A stretch of 64,000 nt of DNA from an uncultured Gammaproteobacteria bacterium (GCA_947085325.1 CAMTVY010000011.1:14629-78628); one strand, 5' to 3'; positions 21,947 through 33,694 are shown, numbered from the stretch's first letter. Notes: generated by a model not told the origin, from the letters alone. Made by a program: numbers and translations.

Positions 21947-22204
21947 ATATGCTACACGACGCGCTGGTAATCGTCGCGCAGCTTGTTCATCAGGATTGGT
22001 TCGCGTAGTTATTCCCTCGCCAGGGATTTCGACGGTGTCTGCCCTAGGGCAGCAGTCGCAGAATCGGCAGGAGATTGAGAGCGGTGGCCACGCGCAACAC
22101 TGCCTGCCGATGGGCGGCATGTGCGGTAACAACTGTGTGGTTGGCGTGTTTCATGGTTAATTTCGGAATCCGCAGGCTTACTATACGGCGGCCACGGCGG
22201 TTTT

Positions 22205-23026
22205 TCAAGGCTGGTCCTTGCGCGTATCTCCGGGTTCCGGGTTTTCGCCGCCCCCGCCCTGGGTTTTGCGCGCCAGCCGCTTGCTGCGCAACTGCATGAG
22301 CGTCAGCACCGGGCCGGAGATACCGTAGAGCATAAACACGCCGAACAATACGCGCGGCGGGTCGCTGGATACCAGCACGATAATCAGCACCAGCACCACC
22401 AGCGCCAGAAACGGCACTTTATCCTTGAGGCTGAAGTCCTTGAAGCTGTAGTAGCGTATCTTGCTCACCATGAGCACGCTGACGATCAAGGTGAGCAGCA
22501 GCGCCACCACCATGATGCCCGTGCCCTGCAACTCGAAATCGTGCGCGCTCCAGACCATGCCGGCGATGATTGCCGCCGCCGCCGGGCTGGCCAGGCCCTG
22601 GAAGTAGCGTTTGTCGATGATGCCGAGCTGGGTATTGAAGCGCGCCAGCCGCAGCGCGGCACAGGCGGCGTAGACGAAGGCCGCAAGCCAGCCGAACTTG
22701 CCGAGAAAGTGCAGCCCCCATGAATAGACCACCAGTGCCGGGGCGAGGCCGAAGGAAACCATGTCGGCGAGGCTGTCATACTCCGCGCCGAAGTCGCTCT
22801 GGGTGTGGGTGAGGCGGGCGATGCGGCCGTCGATGCCGTCCATCACCATGGCCACAAAGATGGCGATGGCGGCCGCCTCGAAACGCCCGTTCATGCCCGC
22901 AACGATGGCGTAGAACCCCGCGAACAGCCCGGCGGTGGTAAACAGGTTGGGCAGCAGGTAAATGCCGCGCCGACGGCGCAGAACCCGCTTGTCCGACTGC
23001 TGTTCTTCGTTCTCGTTATCCGGCAC
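22205..23026 (-). CDS. pssA: CDP-diacylglycerol--serine O-phosphatidyltransferase
   Basis: 273 aa. CDP-alcohol phosphatidyltransferase motif DGIDGRIARL...G.EYDSLAD, and multiple TM segments. Confidence 0.9.
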   Translation of the reverse strand: MPDNENEEQQSDKRVLRRRRGIYLLPNLFTTAGLFAGFYAIVAGMNGRFEAAAIAIFVAMVMDGIDGRIARLTHTQSDFGAEYDSLADMVSFGLAPALVVYSWGLHFLGKFGWLAAFVYAACAALRLARFNTQLGIIDKRYFQGLASPAAAAIIAGMVWSAHDFELQGTGIMVVALLLTLIVSVLMVSKIRYYSFKDFSLKDKVPFLALVVLVLIIVLVSSDPPRVLFGVFMLYGISGPVLTLMQLRSKRLARKTQGGGGENPEPGDTRKDQP

Positions 23027-23042
23027 GGGGTAGCCAGCGGCC

Positions 23043-24071
<1,029 letters not shown>

Positions 24072-24100
24072 CTAAAATAATCTAACTACTCAGCAAACTA

Positions 24101-24186
24101 CTCAACGCAAAGACGCCAAGTCGCAAAGAAATACAAAACTCTAAGTTAATAAAAAATCTTTTGCGTCTTCGCGTCTTTGCGTTGAG
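24101..24186. repeat. octamer-array inverted repeat (REP-like hairpin), copy 2
   Basis: CTCAACGCAAAGACGCCAAGTCGCAAAG ... CTTTTGCGTCTTCGCGTCTTTGCGTTGAG forms a ~28-bp stem with 2 mismatches and an AT-rich loop. Lies in the ilvH-ilvC spacer. Confidence 0.85.
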
Positions 24187-24206
24187 TTTTTATATATAAA
24201 ATAAAA

Positions 24207-24698
24207 TCAAACTTTCAAACTCTTCGCGCCGCGCGCAATGCCCGACACGCCGGAGCGCACGACCTCCAGAATGGTCTTGCCGTCGAGCGCCTGGATAAAT
24301 CCGTCGAGTTTCTCGCCGGTGCCGGTGAGCTCAATCACATAACTTGAATCCGTGACATCGATGATGTGGCCACGGAAGATGTCCGCCAAACGCTTGATTT
24401 CTTCACGTGCCACGCCTGTCGCCTTCACCTTGATCAGCATCATCTCGCGCTCGATGTGCGGGCCCTCGGTGAGGTCGAGCAGCTTTACCACGTCCACCAG
24501 TTTGTTCAACTGCTTGGTGATTTGCTCGATGATGTCGTCGGTGCCGCGCGTCACCAGCGTCATGCGCGACAGCGACGGGTCTTCGGTCGGCGCCACGGTA
24601 AGCGACTCGATGTTGTAGCCGCGCGCGGAAAACAGGCCGGCGACCCGCGACAACGCGCCGGATTCGTTCTCCATCAGAATCGAGATGATGTGACGCAT
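24207..24698 (-). CDS. ilvH: acetolactate synthase small (regulatory) subunit
   Basis: ORF 24207..24707 (GTG). The ATG at 24698 gives MRHIISILMENESGALSRVAGLFSARGYNIESL, the classic ACT N-terminus. Confidence 0.95.
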   Translation of the reverse strand: MRHIISILMENESGALSRVAGLFSARGYNIESLTVAPTEDPSLSRMTLVTRGTDDIIEQITKQLNKLVDVVKLLDLTEGPHIEREMMLIKVKATGVAREEIKRLADIFRGHIIDVTDSSYVIELTGTGEKLDGFIQALDGKTILEVVRSGVSGIARGAKSLKV

Positions 24699-24703
24699 AT
24701 GCT

Positions 24704-26416
24704 TCACGCTAACTCCCGCTCCGGCGAAAGATGCATCTCATGATGCCCCTTGCCCGCCTCAATCATCGGATACACATTTTCGGTCTGATCGGTGATGAAG
24801 TCCATGAATACCAGCCGGTCTTTCAGTTTCAACGCCTCTTTCAGCGCTGGCTCCACATCGCCGGGCTTTTCGATCTTCATGCCCACATGGCCGAAGCTCT
24901 CCGCCAGCTGCACAAAATCAGGCAGCGCATCCATATAGGAATGCGAATAGCGGCCCTTGTAGAAGAACTCCTGCCACTGCCGCACCATGCCCATGTAGCG
25001 ATTATTGAGGTTAATGATCTTGATCGGCAGGCCGTACTGCTTGCAGGTGGACAGCTCCTGTATGCACATCATGATGCTGGCCTCGCCCGTAACACAGGCC
25101 ACCGTGGCCTTGGGGTGGGCAAGCTGCACACCCATCGCCGCCGGCAAGCCGAAGCCCATGGTGCCGAGACCGCCGGAGTTGATCCAGCGGCGCGGCTTGT
25201 CGAATCTGTAAAACTGCGCGGCCCACATCTGGTGCTGACCCACGTCGGAGGTGACAAAGGCGTCGCCCTTGGTCAGCTGATACAGCTTTTCCAGCACGGC
25301 CTGCGGCTTGATGAGTTTGCTTCTGTGATCGTAACGCAGACAGTCCTTGGCGCGCCATTGGTTGATCTGCTTCCACCACGCCGCCAGCGCCGTCTTGTCG
25401 GGCTGCTTTCTGGCCGCCTTGATGAGCTTGAGCATTTCACTCAGCACATTACCCACCGAACCCACGATGGGCACGTCCACGCGCACGCTCTTCGAGATCG
25501 ACGACGGGTCGATGTCGATGTGTATCTTCTTCGAGCCGGGCGAAAACAGCTCCACCTTGCCCACCACGCGGTCGTCAAAGCGCGCGCCGATGGCGAGCAG
25601 CACATCGCACTCGTGCATCGCCATGTTGGCCTCGTAGGTGCCGTGCATACCCAGCATACCGACAAACTGCTTGTCGTTGGAGGGATAGGCGCCGAGACCC
25701 ATCAGCGTGTTGGTGATGGGGCATCCCAACAGGCGCGTGAACTCGGTGAGGATTTTGGAGGCCTCGCCCAGAATCACGCCGCCGCCGCTGTAGATCATCG
25801 GGCGCTTGGCGGCGAGCAGCAGCTCCACCGCTTTCTTGATCTGGCCCGGATGCCCTTCAACCACAGGCTTGTAAGAGCGTAACGTCACCTTTTTGGGGTA
25901 GGCGTACTCCGTTATCTGGGCGGTCACGTCCTTGGGCACGTCCACCACCACCGGGCCGGGGCGGCCTGTGGTGGCGATATAAAAGGCCTTCTTGATCGTG
26001 GTCGCGAGGTCTTTCACGTCCTTGACCAGAAAATTGTGCTTCACGCACGGGCGCGTGATGCCAACGGAGTCCACTTCCTGGAAGGCGTCGCTGCCGATGG
26101 CCCAGGTATGCACCTGCCCGGTGATCACCACCAGCGGAATGGAGTCCATGTAGGCCGTGGCGATGCCGGTCACGGCATTGGTCGCGCCCGGCCCCGAGGT
26201 GACAAGCACCACACCGGGCCGGCCGGTGGAGCGTGCGTAGCCATCGGCGGCATGGGTCGCGCCCTGCTCGTGGCGCACCAGGATATGTTTCACATCCTCC
26301 TGCCGGTAGAGCGCATCGTAGATGTGCAACACCGCACCGCCGGGGTAGCCGAAGACATACTCCACGCCCTCGTCCTTGAGCGACCGCACCAGTATCTCTG
26401 CGCCTGTTAGTTCCAC
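24704..26416 (-). CDS. ilvI: acetolactate synthase large (catalytic) subunit
   Basis: 570 aa with a GTG start. TPP enzyme: YPGGAVLHIYDAL, and GGLGTMGFGLPAAMG as the ThDP motif. Confidence 0.96.
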   Translation of the reverse strand: MELTGAEILVRSLKDEGVEYVFGYPGGAVLHIYDALYRQEDVKHILVRHEQGATHAADGYARSTGRPGVVLVTSGPGATNAVTGIATAYMDSIPLVVITGQVHTWAIGSDAFQEVDSVGITRPCVKHNFLVKDVKDLATTIKKAFYIATTGRPGPVVVDVPKDVTAQITEYAYPKKVTLRSYKPVVEGHPGQIKKAVELLLAAKRPMIYSGGGVILGEASKILTEFTRLLGCPITNTLMGLGAYPSNDKQFVGMLGMHGTYEANMAMHECDVLLAIGARFDDRVVGKVELFSPGSKKIHIDIDPSSISKSVRVDVPIVGSVGNVLSEMLKLIKAARKQPDKTALAAWWKQINQWRAKDCLRYDHRSKLIKPQAVLEKLYQLTKGDAFVTSDVGQHQMWAAQFYRFDKPRRWINSGGLGTMGFGLPAAMGVQLAHPKATVACVTGEASIMMCIQELSTCKQYGLPIKIINLNNRYMGMVRQWQEFFYKGRYSHSYMDALPDFVQLAESFGHVGMKIEKPGDVEPALKEALKLKDRLVFMDFITDQTENVYPMIEAGKGHHEMHLSPERELA

Positions 26417-26593
26417 TGCCTGTGACCCCTGAGATTAAAGCCGCCCCCGGTGACGGAGATGCCTCCGGGGGCGGTTTAGTAATATATTCGTAAACTATTT
26501 AGAATAAACGATAAAGTTGGCTGATGGAACTGTAAAAACCGGGATGACGCAGTAAAATCGCCCATATGGCCTTATAAATTCTCAGGAGATGCG

Positions 26594-26938
26594 ATGCCTT
26601 ACCTCAAAATACAGACCAACACCGCGCTGGCGCCGGACGCCGCCCAGGCATTGCTCGCACAGGCCTCGCGCACGCTGGCCAGCAAACTCGGCAAGCCGGA
26701 GAGCTATGTGATGGTGGCGCTGGAACCGCCCATGCCCATGCTATTTGCGGGTTCGGACGCGCCGCTCGCCTATCTCGAACTCAAAAGCATCGGCCTGCCG
26801 GAGGCCAAGACCCCGGCGCTATCGAAGGCGCTGTGCGAGTTGATGGCACAGGCAGCCGGTATCCAGCAGGAGCGTGTCTATATCGAGTTTGCCAATGCCA
26901 AGGGTGCGCACTGGGGCTGGAATGGCGGGACGTTTTAA
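26594..26938 (+). CDS. MIF / phenylpyruvate tautomerase family protein (tautomerase superfamily, Pro-1)
   Basis: 114 aa starting MPYLKIQTN (catalytic Pro after Met). Length and pattern match MIF-like tautomerases. GGAG Shine-Dalgarno upstream. Confidence 0.75.
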   Translation: MPYLKIQTNTALAPDAAQALLAQASRTLASKLGKPESYVMVALEPPMPMLFAGSDAPLAYLELKSIGLPEAKTPALSKALCELMAQAAGIQQERVYIEFANAKGAHWGWNGGTF

Positions 26939-26966
26939 GAAATCTCTGATTAGATTAAGTTACGTC

Positions 26967-27032
26967 GGTCGGATCAAGCGTAGCGTGTCCGACCAGCAAT
27001 GTCGGGTTCGGCGCTATACGCCTTGACCCGAC
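26967..27032. terminator. two tandem stem-loops between the convergent MIF-like and tal genes (candidate bidirectional terminator)
   Basis: First stem GGTCGGA/TCCGACC (26967-26994). Second stem GTCGGGT/ACCCGAC with inner GGCG/CGCC (27001-27032). No clear U-tract on either strand. Confidence 0.35.
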
Positions 27033-27683
27033 CTACTTAATACCGCTCTTTTGCCAGTCGGCCATGAATTGGTCGATCCCTATGGTCGTCAGCGGGTGTT
27101 TGTACATCTGCTCCAGCACCTTGAACGGCATGGTCACCACATCGGCGCCGATGCGCGCGGCCTCCAGCACATGCATGGGATGGCGCACCGAGGCCACCAG
27201 CACCTCCGTAGGCCAGTCGTAGTTGCTGTAGATGTCCACAATCTCGGCAATCAGGCTCATGCCGTGCTCGCCCACATCATCCAGCCGCCCGACAAAGGGC
27301 GAAATGAAGCTCGCGCCGGCCTTGGCCGCGAGTATCGCCTGCGCTGCCGAAAAGCACAGCGTCACGTTGACCCTGGTGCCCTCATCCGCGAGATCGCGGC
27401 AGGCACGCAGGCCTTCGGGCGTGAGTGGCAGCTTCACCGTGACGTTGGGCGCGATTCTGGCCAACTCGCGACCCTGCTTGAGCATCTCGGCGTAGTCGAG
27501 CGAGGTCACTTCAGCGCTCACCGGGCCACTCACCAGGGCGCATATCGTGGCGATCTGCTTGTGAAAGCTGATGCCGGTTTCCTTGGCCATCAGCGACGGA
27601 TTGGTGGTCACACCGTCTGCCATGCCGAGTTCCACCGCTTTACGCACATCATCCAGGTTCGCGCTGTCGATAAAGAATTTCAT
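27033..27683 (-). CDS. tal: transaldolase type 3B / fructose-6-phosphate aldolase family
   Basis: ORF 27033..27734. [31 protein letters not shown] begins at the ATG at 27683, which is preceded by GGAGAC. The product would be 216 aa, as expected for this family. Confidence 0.92.
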   Translation of the reverse strand: MKFFIDSANLDDVRKAVELGMADGVTTNPSLMAKETGISFHKQIATICALVSGPVSAEVTSLDYAEMLKQGRELARIAPNVTVKLPLTPEGLRACRDLADEGTRVNVTLCFSAAQAILAAKAGASFISPFVGRLDDVGEHGMSLIAEIVDIYSNYDWPTEVLVASVRHPMHVLEAARIGADVVTMPFKVLEQMYKHPLTTIGIDQFMADWQKSGIK

Positions 27684-27803
27684 GCCGGTCTCCTGTCCCA
27701 CGTGTGGGCACTGCTGAAGGTACAAATGATACAAATTTTATGCCACTCCAGCCGTTAATGCTAAAATTCAGCCTTTCTTTGACTTTATTGACCGGAAATC
27801 CCC

Positions 27804-29060
<1,257 letters not shown>

Positions 29061-29094
29061 GCAGCACAGGCCAGGCAGCATTTCCCGCAATTTC

Positions 29095-29123
29095 TTGACG
29101 CTGTCCACCCCGCCACCTAGAAT
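29095..29123 (+). promoter_or_regulatory. sigma70-type promoter of the tRNA-Ala/tRNA-Glu pair
   Basis: TTGACG (29095-29100), 17-nt spacer, TAGAAT (29118-29123), then a GC-rich discriminator AGCGCC. The tRNA starts at 29138. Confidence 0.6.
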
Positions 29124-29137
29124 AGCGCCTTGATTTC

Positions 29138-29213
<76 letters not shown>

Positions 29214-29251
29214 CGTTGTTACACGACAGGTTCACGTACACACCATTATCA

Positions 29252-29327
29252 GTCCCCATCGTCTAGAGGCCTAGGACACTGCCCTTTCACGGCGGCGACA
29301 GGGGTTCGAATCCCCTTGGGGACGCCA
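29252..29327 (+). tRNA. tRNA-Glu (anticodon UUC)
   Basis: GTCCCCATCGTCTAGAGGCCTAGGACACTGCCCTTTCACGGCGGCGACAGGGGTTCGAATCCCCTTGGGGACGCCA. Cloverleaf with anticodon loop CTTTCAC. Confidence 0.97.
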
Positions 29328-29460
29328 TTTTCAAGAAATTCCACCTATTTCAATACAGTGCCACGCTGTGTTGCCGCGCCTGTAATTCCGCTCGCAACCT
29401 TGCAACGCTGCCCGTCAGCCCTCACTATTTGTCAGGTAATCCACAGCCACAGGAGGCGTT

Positions 29461-29910
29461 ATGCCCATAGGTGAACTATGCAGCCGTGAAGTGGTGTTCG
29501 TGCGACGGGAGGACTCCATTCGCGAGGCCGCGCAACTCATGCGTCAGCACCATGTCGGCGATGTGCTGGTGGTGGACGAGAAAGACGCCCAGCGCGTGCC
29601 CGTCGGGATCGTGACCGACCGCGACATCGTCGTCGAGGTGGTGGCAAAAAATGTTGACCTCGATGTGGTCACCGTGGACGATATCATGAGCCTTGAACTC
29701 GTCAGCGCCCGTGACACGGATGGTGTCTACGAAACCATTCAGCTCATGCGCATGAAGGGCGTGCGCAGACTCCCGATAGTGAATGCCCGCGGCGGTCTGG
29801 TCGGCATACTCGCACTGGACGACATCATCGAACTGCTGGCCGAGGAATTGTCGGCGCTGGCCAAGATCATCGCGCGCGAGCAGGCGCAGGAGAAAAAGAA
29901 GAAGGTGTAG
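29461..29910 (+). CDS. CBS-domain pair protein
   Basis: 149 aa with two CBS repeats (HHVGDVLVVD...GIVTDRDIV and KGVRRLPIVN...GILALDDII). AGGAGG Shine-Dalgarno. Confidence 0.85.
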   Translation: MPIGELCSREVVFVRREDSIREAAQLMRQHHVGDVLVVDEKDAQRVPVGIVTDRDIVVEVVAKNVDLDVVTVDDIMSLELVSARDTDGVYETIQLMRMKGVRRLPIVNARGGLVGILALDDIIELLAEELSALAKIIAREQAQEKKKKV

Positions 29911-29952
29911 CGTTTGTTTGTGCCGGCGTTGGCGTTGCGCCAGATGAGTACA

Positions 29953-30092
29953 GGGCTCCTCTAAAAATGATGGATTTTGCTTCAAGACAAGGCCAACGCA
30001 GGCGAGCAGCGCAGCATACACGTTAGTATGTGAGCAGCGGAGACAAGCTGTAACGCAGTATTGAAGCAAAAGACGCATTTTTAGAGGTGCCC
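29953..30092 (+). mobile_element. miniature TIR-bounded repeat element, copy 4 (short form, 140 bp)
   Basis: GGGCTCCTCTAAAAATGATGG ... GACGCATTTTTAGAGGTGCCC. Ends 8 nt before the polX ATG. Confidence 0.85.
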
Positions 30093-30100
30093 TGCGGATT

Positions 30101-31825
30101 ATGGCCGTCTATAACACCGACATCGCGGCGGTATTTGAAGAAATCGCCGATCTGCTCGAAATAGAAGGCGCCAATCCGTTTCGGATCCGCGCCTACCGCA
30201 ACGCCGCGCGCGTGATCCGCGATCTCAGCCGCGAGGCGGGCGACATGATCGCAGACGGCGCCGACCTCACCGCGCTTCCCGGCATCGGCGAAGATCTTGC
30301 GGCGAAAATACACGAGATCGTGCACAGCGGCACTTGCGTCATGCTGCGCAAACTGAAAAAGCGCACCCCGCCCGCGCTCGTCGAACTGCTCAAACTCCCC
30401 GGCCTCGGCCCGAAGAAGGTCAAGGTTCTCTACCACGAACTGGATATCCATTCGCTCGAACAACTGGCGCGTGCCGCGCGCGATGGACGCATCCGCCGTT
30501 TGCACGGTTTTGGCGAGAAGACCGAAGCAAAGATACTGCACGCCATCGAGATGCAGGCCGGCGCCACTGCCCGCTTCAAACTGGCGCTGGCCGCGCAGTA
30601 TGGCGAACGGCTGGTGAGCTATCTCAAGGCCGTGCCCGGCGTGGATCGTGTAATTGTGGCGGGAAGTTTTCGCCGTTACAGGGAAACCGTGGGCGACCTC
30701 GACATCCTCGTCACCGCGAGTCGCACCAGCCCGGTCATGGATCGTTTCGTCAACTACGACGAAGTGGCGGAAGTTGTTTCCAAGGGAACCACGCGCGCCA
30801 CGGTGCGGCTGCGCTCCAAATTACAGGTGGATATCCGCGTGGTGGCTAAACAGGCGTACGGCGCGGCGCTGCACTATTTTACCGGCAGCAAATCGCACAA
30901 CATCACGATCCGCAAAATCGGCCAGGAGATGGGCCTCAGGATCAACGAGTACGGCGTATTCCGCGGCAAGCAGCGCATTGCGGGCCACACCGAAGAGTCG
31001 GTGTATGCCGCCGTGGGCCTGCCTTACATCGAACCGGAGCTGCGCGAAAACCGCGGCGAGATCGAAGCGGCGCGCGCGCAGCGGCTGCCCAAACTGATCC
31101 AGCTCGCCGATCTGCGCGGCGACCTGCACGCCCACACCCAAGCCACCGACGGACGCAATACGCTGCGTGAAATGGCGGAAGCGGCGCAGGCACGCGGTTT
31201 TGAATACCTCGCCATCACGGAACATTCACGCCACCTCACGGTCGCGCACGGCCTCACTCCGCAACGGCTGCTCGCGCAGATGGATGAGATCGACCGGCTG
31301 AATGCCGAGATCAAAGGCATCACGCTGCTCAAGGGCATCGAGGTGGATATTCTGCAAGACGGTGCGCTGGATTTGCCCGATGATTTACTGGGGCGGCTCG
31401 ATATCGTGGTCGCTGCGGTGCACAGTCACTTCGATCTCTCGCGCGCAAGGCAGACCGCACGCATCCTGAAGGCGATGGATCATCCGCACTTCTCCATCCT
31501 CGCCCATCCCACCGGGCGCCTGATCGAGGAGCGCGCACCCTACGATGCCGACATGCTGCGCATCATCCGCCATGCACGCGAACGCGGCTGCTTTCTGGAA
31601 ATCAATGCGCACCCGGAGCGACTCGACCTGCTCGACATCTACGCCCAGATGGCAAAAGAGGAAGGCGTGCTGGTCGCCATCAATTCCGATGCGCACAGCG
31701 TGAACCAGTTCGACAACCTGCGCTTCGGCGTGGGACAGGCGCGGCGCGGCTGGCTGGAGAAGAACGACGTCCTGAACACGCGCCCGCTCAAGGAGTTACG
31801 TGCCTTGTTGGCACGTACACTGTGA
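30101..31825 (+). CDS. polX: family X DNA polymerase with C-terminal PHP phosphoesterase domain
   Basis: 574 aa. N-terminal HhH lyase-like region (FRIRAYRNAARVI; LPGIGEDLAAKI), nucleotidyltransferase motif GSFRRYRETVGDLDILV, and PHP motifs DLHAHTQATDG and INSDAH. Confidence 0.9.
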   Translation: MAVYNTDIAAVFEEIADLLEIEGANPFRIRAYRNAARVIRDLSREAGDMIADGADLTALPGIGEDLAAKIHEIVHSGTCVMLRKLKKRTPPALVELLKLPGLGPKKVKVLYHELDIHSLEQLARAARDGRIRRLHGFGEKTEAKILHAIEMQAGATARFKLALAAQYGERLVSYLKAVPGVDRVIVAGSFRRYRETVGDLDILVTASRTSPVMDRFVNYDEVAEVVSKGTTRATVRLRSKLQVDIRVVAKQAYGAALHYFTGSKSHNITIRKIGQEMGLRINEYGVFRGKQRIAGHTEESVYAAVGLPYIEPELRENRGEIEAARAQRLPKLIQLADLRGDLHAHTQATDGRNTLREMAEAAQARGFEYLAITEHSRHLTVAHGLTPQRLLAQMDEIDRLNAEIKGITLLKGIEVDILQDGALDLPDDLLGRLDIVVAAVHSHFDLSRARQTARILKAMDHPHFSILAHPTGRLIEERAPYDADMLRIIRHARERGCFLEINAHPERLDLLDIYAQMAKEEGVLVAINSDAHSVNQFDNLRFGVGQARRGWLEKNDVLNTRPLKELRALLARTL

Positions 31826-31860
31826 TGCCGTTTCGACCTTGAGATGTGCGCCATACACCC

Positions 31861-31995
31861 CCATATTACTCAGGAGTCACAAAGTAAGATTACATTGCTT
31901 TATGGTGTGACTCCTGAGTAAAAACCCTGTTTACTCTACCCCCACCCTGTCCCGCCCCCTAAACAAGGGGCGGGGACGTGGCGGAGAGTGTAGCC
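31861..31995 (-). repeat. two-hairpin repeat element, copy A
   Basis: Hairpin TTACTCAGGAGTCACA (31866-31881) / TGTGACTCCTGAGTAA (31906-31921), plus a G/C hairpin GTCCCGCCCC...GGGGCGGGGAC (31949-31977). Its reverse complement aligns over ~130 nt with 48868-49000. Confidence 0.8.
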
Positions 31996-32009
31996 TTACT
32001 TGCTGACTT

Positions 32010-32819
32010 ATGAATAACACCATGTCACACACGATCCGCCCACCTGCCGTTGCCGGCAGTTTTTACCCCGCCCATCCCGCCGAGCTTGTGCGCACGGTGG
32101 ATGAATTATTGAGCGGCGTGAGTAGCGAACCTGCGGCGGCGGCACCCAAGGTGCTCATCGTGCCGCACGCGGGTTATGTGTACTCCGGGCCGGTAGCGGC
32201 GAGCGCCTATGCGTGCCTGAAGCAGGCGGCGCGTGCGATCCGCCGCGTGGTGCTGCTCGGGCCGGTGCATCGCGTGCCGATACGCGGGCTCGCGCTGCCG
32301 GAGGCACAGGCCCTGGCGACGCCGCTCGGCGCAATCCCGGTGGACGCTGACGCCGTGCGCGCCATCGCGCATCTGCCGCAGGTCGGCGTGAGCGCCGCCG
32401 CGCATGCGCTGGAGCACTCACTGGAAGTGCAGTTGCCGTTCCTGCAACGCATGCTGGATGATTTCAGCGTGGTGCCGCTGGCGGTAGGCGATGCGACACC
32501 CGACGAGGTGGCCGAAGTGATCGACGCCTTATGGGGCGGCGCGGAAACCCTCATCGTGATCAGTTCCGATCTGTCGCACTATCTGCCCTACGCCGTCGCG
32601 CGCGACGTGGACGATGAAACAGTGCAGCAGATTCTTGCCCTCGGCCCGCCTACGCTGACGCACGAACAAGCCTGCGGCGCTACGCCGGTGAACGGTTTGC
32701 TGGCAGTCGCACGCAGGCGCCGTCTGCGCCCCGCGCTGCTCGACCTGCGCAATTCCGGCGATACCGCCGGGCCGCGCGATCAGGTCGTGGGTTACAGCGC
32801 CTTTGCATTTTATGAATAG
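32010..32819 (+). CDS. amrB: AmmeMemoRadiSam system protein B (MEMO1 family)
   Basis: 269 aa. PAVAGSFYP ... VPHAGYVYSGPVAA ... SSDLSHY are MEMO1-family hallmarks. Confidence 0.88.
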   Translation: MNNTMSHTIRPPAVAGSFYPAHPAELVRTVDELLSGVSSEPAAAAPKVLIVPHAGYVYSGPVAASAYACLKQAARAIRRVVLLGPVHRVPIRGLALPEAQALATPLGAIPVDADAVRAIAHLPQVGVSAAAHALEHSLEVQLPFLQRMLDDFSVVPLAVGDATPDEVAEVIDALWGGAETLIVISSDLSHYLPYAVARDVDDETVQQILALGPPTLTHEQACGATPVNGLLAVARRRRLRPALLDLRNSGDTAGPRDQVVGYSAFAFYE

Positions 32820-32974
32820 CGCCATAAATCGTAGCGAGCGGCTTTCAGGCGGGGGTGGCGGAGCGCAGGAACCGGAGTGTACATTAAAAGTACATGAGGA
32901 TTCCGAGCACCGCACGCACCCGCATCAAAGGCGCGCAGTAGATTTAGGGCGCTATGCATATGAGGATGCGACAC

Positions 32975-33565
32975 ATGCACACTGAGCAAGGCCTTATCCT
33001 GCTGCGCATCGCGCGCGCCAGCATACACGCGGCGCTGGGCGAGCCGGCTGCCGCCCCGCCTGCGGTGGACTGGCTCTGCGAGCACGGCGCGTGCTTCGTC
33101 ACGCTCACGCAGCACGACAAACTGCGCGGGTGCATCGGCACACTTGAGGCGCATCGCCCGCTCATGGAAGACGTGCGCGCCAACGCGATGGCCGCCGCGT
33201 TCCGCGATCCGCGCTTTACGCCGCTGTCCGCCCCTGAGCTGTCGTACACGCGCATCGAGATTTCACTGCTCTCGCGGATGGAGCCGCTGGATTTCAAGGA
33301 CGAGTCCGATCTGCGCGTGCAATTACGCCCTCACACCGACGGCGTGGTGCTGCATTACGGCGCGCAACGCGGCACCTTCCTGCCGCAGGTGTGGCAACAC
33401 CTGCCCGATGCGCGCGATTTCCTGCGTGAACTCAAGCAAAAGGCGGGCTTGCCCGGCGATTTCTGGGCGCAGGGCATCGAGGTATACCGCTATACCGTGT
33501 GTAAATGGCGTGAACAGGATTCATTGACTGAAGCCGGGACAGCAGCGAGCACAGGGCGCCTCTAA
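32975..33565 (+). CDS. amrA: AmmeMemoRadiSam system protein A (AMMECR1 domain)
   Basis: ORF 32954..33565. The ATG at 32975 has GAGGA 8 nt upstream. AMMECR1 core GACFVTLTQHDKLRGCIGTLEAHRPL. The last 3 codons plus the stop (G-R-L-TAA) lie inside the miniature element at 33554. Confidence 0.88.
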   Translation: MHTEQGLILLRIARASIHAALGEPAAAPPAVDWLCEHGACFVTLTQHDKLRGCIGTLEAHRPLMEDVRANAMAAAFRDPRFTPLSAPELSYTRIEISLLSRMEPLDFKDESDLRVQLRPHTDGVVLHYGAQRGTFLPQVWQHLPDARDFLRELKQKAGLPGDFWAQGIEVYRYTVCKWREQDSLTEAGTAASTGRL

Positions 33566-33694
33566 AAATTCGTCTTTTGCTCCAATACTGCGTTGCAGCT
33601 TGTCTCCGCTGCTCACATACTGGCGTGTATGCTGCGCTGCTCGACGGCGCTGCGCCTTGTCTTGAAGCAAAATCCATCATTTTTAGAGGCGCCC
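33554..33694 (-). mobile_element. miniature TIR-bounded repeat element, copy 5 (short form, 141 bp)
   Basis: GGGCGCCTCTAAAAATTCGTCTTTTGCTCC ... AAAATCCATCATTTTTAGAGGCGCCC. Occupies essentially the whole amrA-amrS spacer. Confidence 0.85.

Noticed and set aside
22044-22154. A 36-codon sORF on the minus strand between pssA and leuA (MKHANHTVVTAHAAHRQAVLRVATALNLLPILRLLP), with 6 Leu in the last 11 residues, as a possible leucine attenuation leader.
   Set aside because: There is no Shine-Dalgarno sequence upstream. The Leu codons are common CTG/CTC. No terminator with a U-tract follows; there is only a weak TCCCT/AGGGA stem. A 192-bp repeat element separates it from leuA. Support is insufficient to annotate it.
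26475-26590. A Val/Ile/Leu-rich leader peptide for ilvIH upstream of the GC-rich hairpin.
   Set aside because: The only ATG-initiated frame on the ilvI strand reads MGDFTASSRFLQFHQPTLSFILNSLRIYY, which has no run of branched-chain codons and no RBS.
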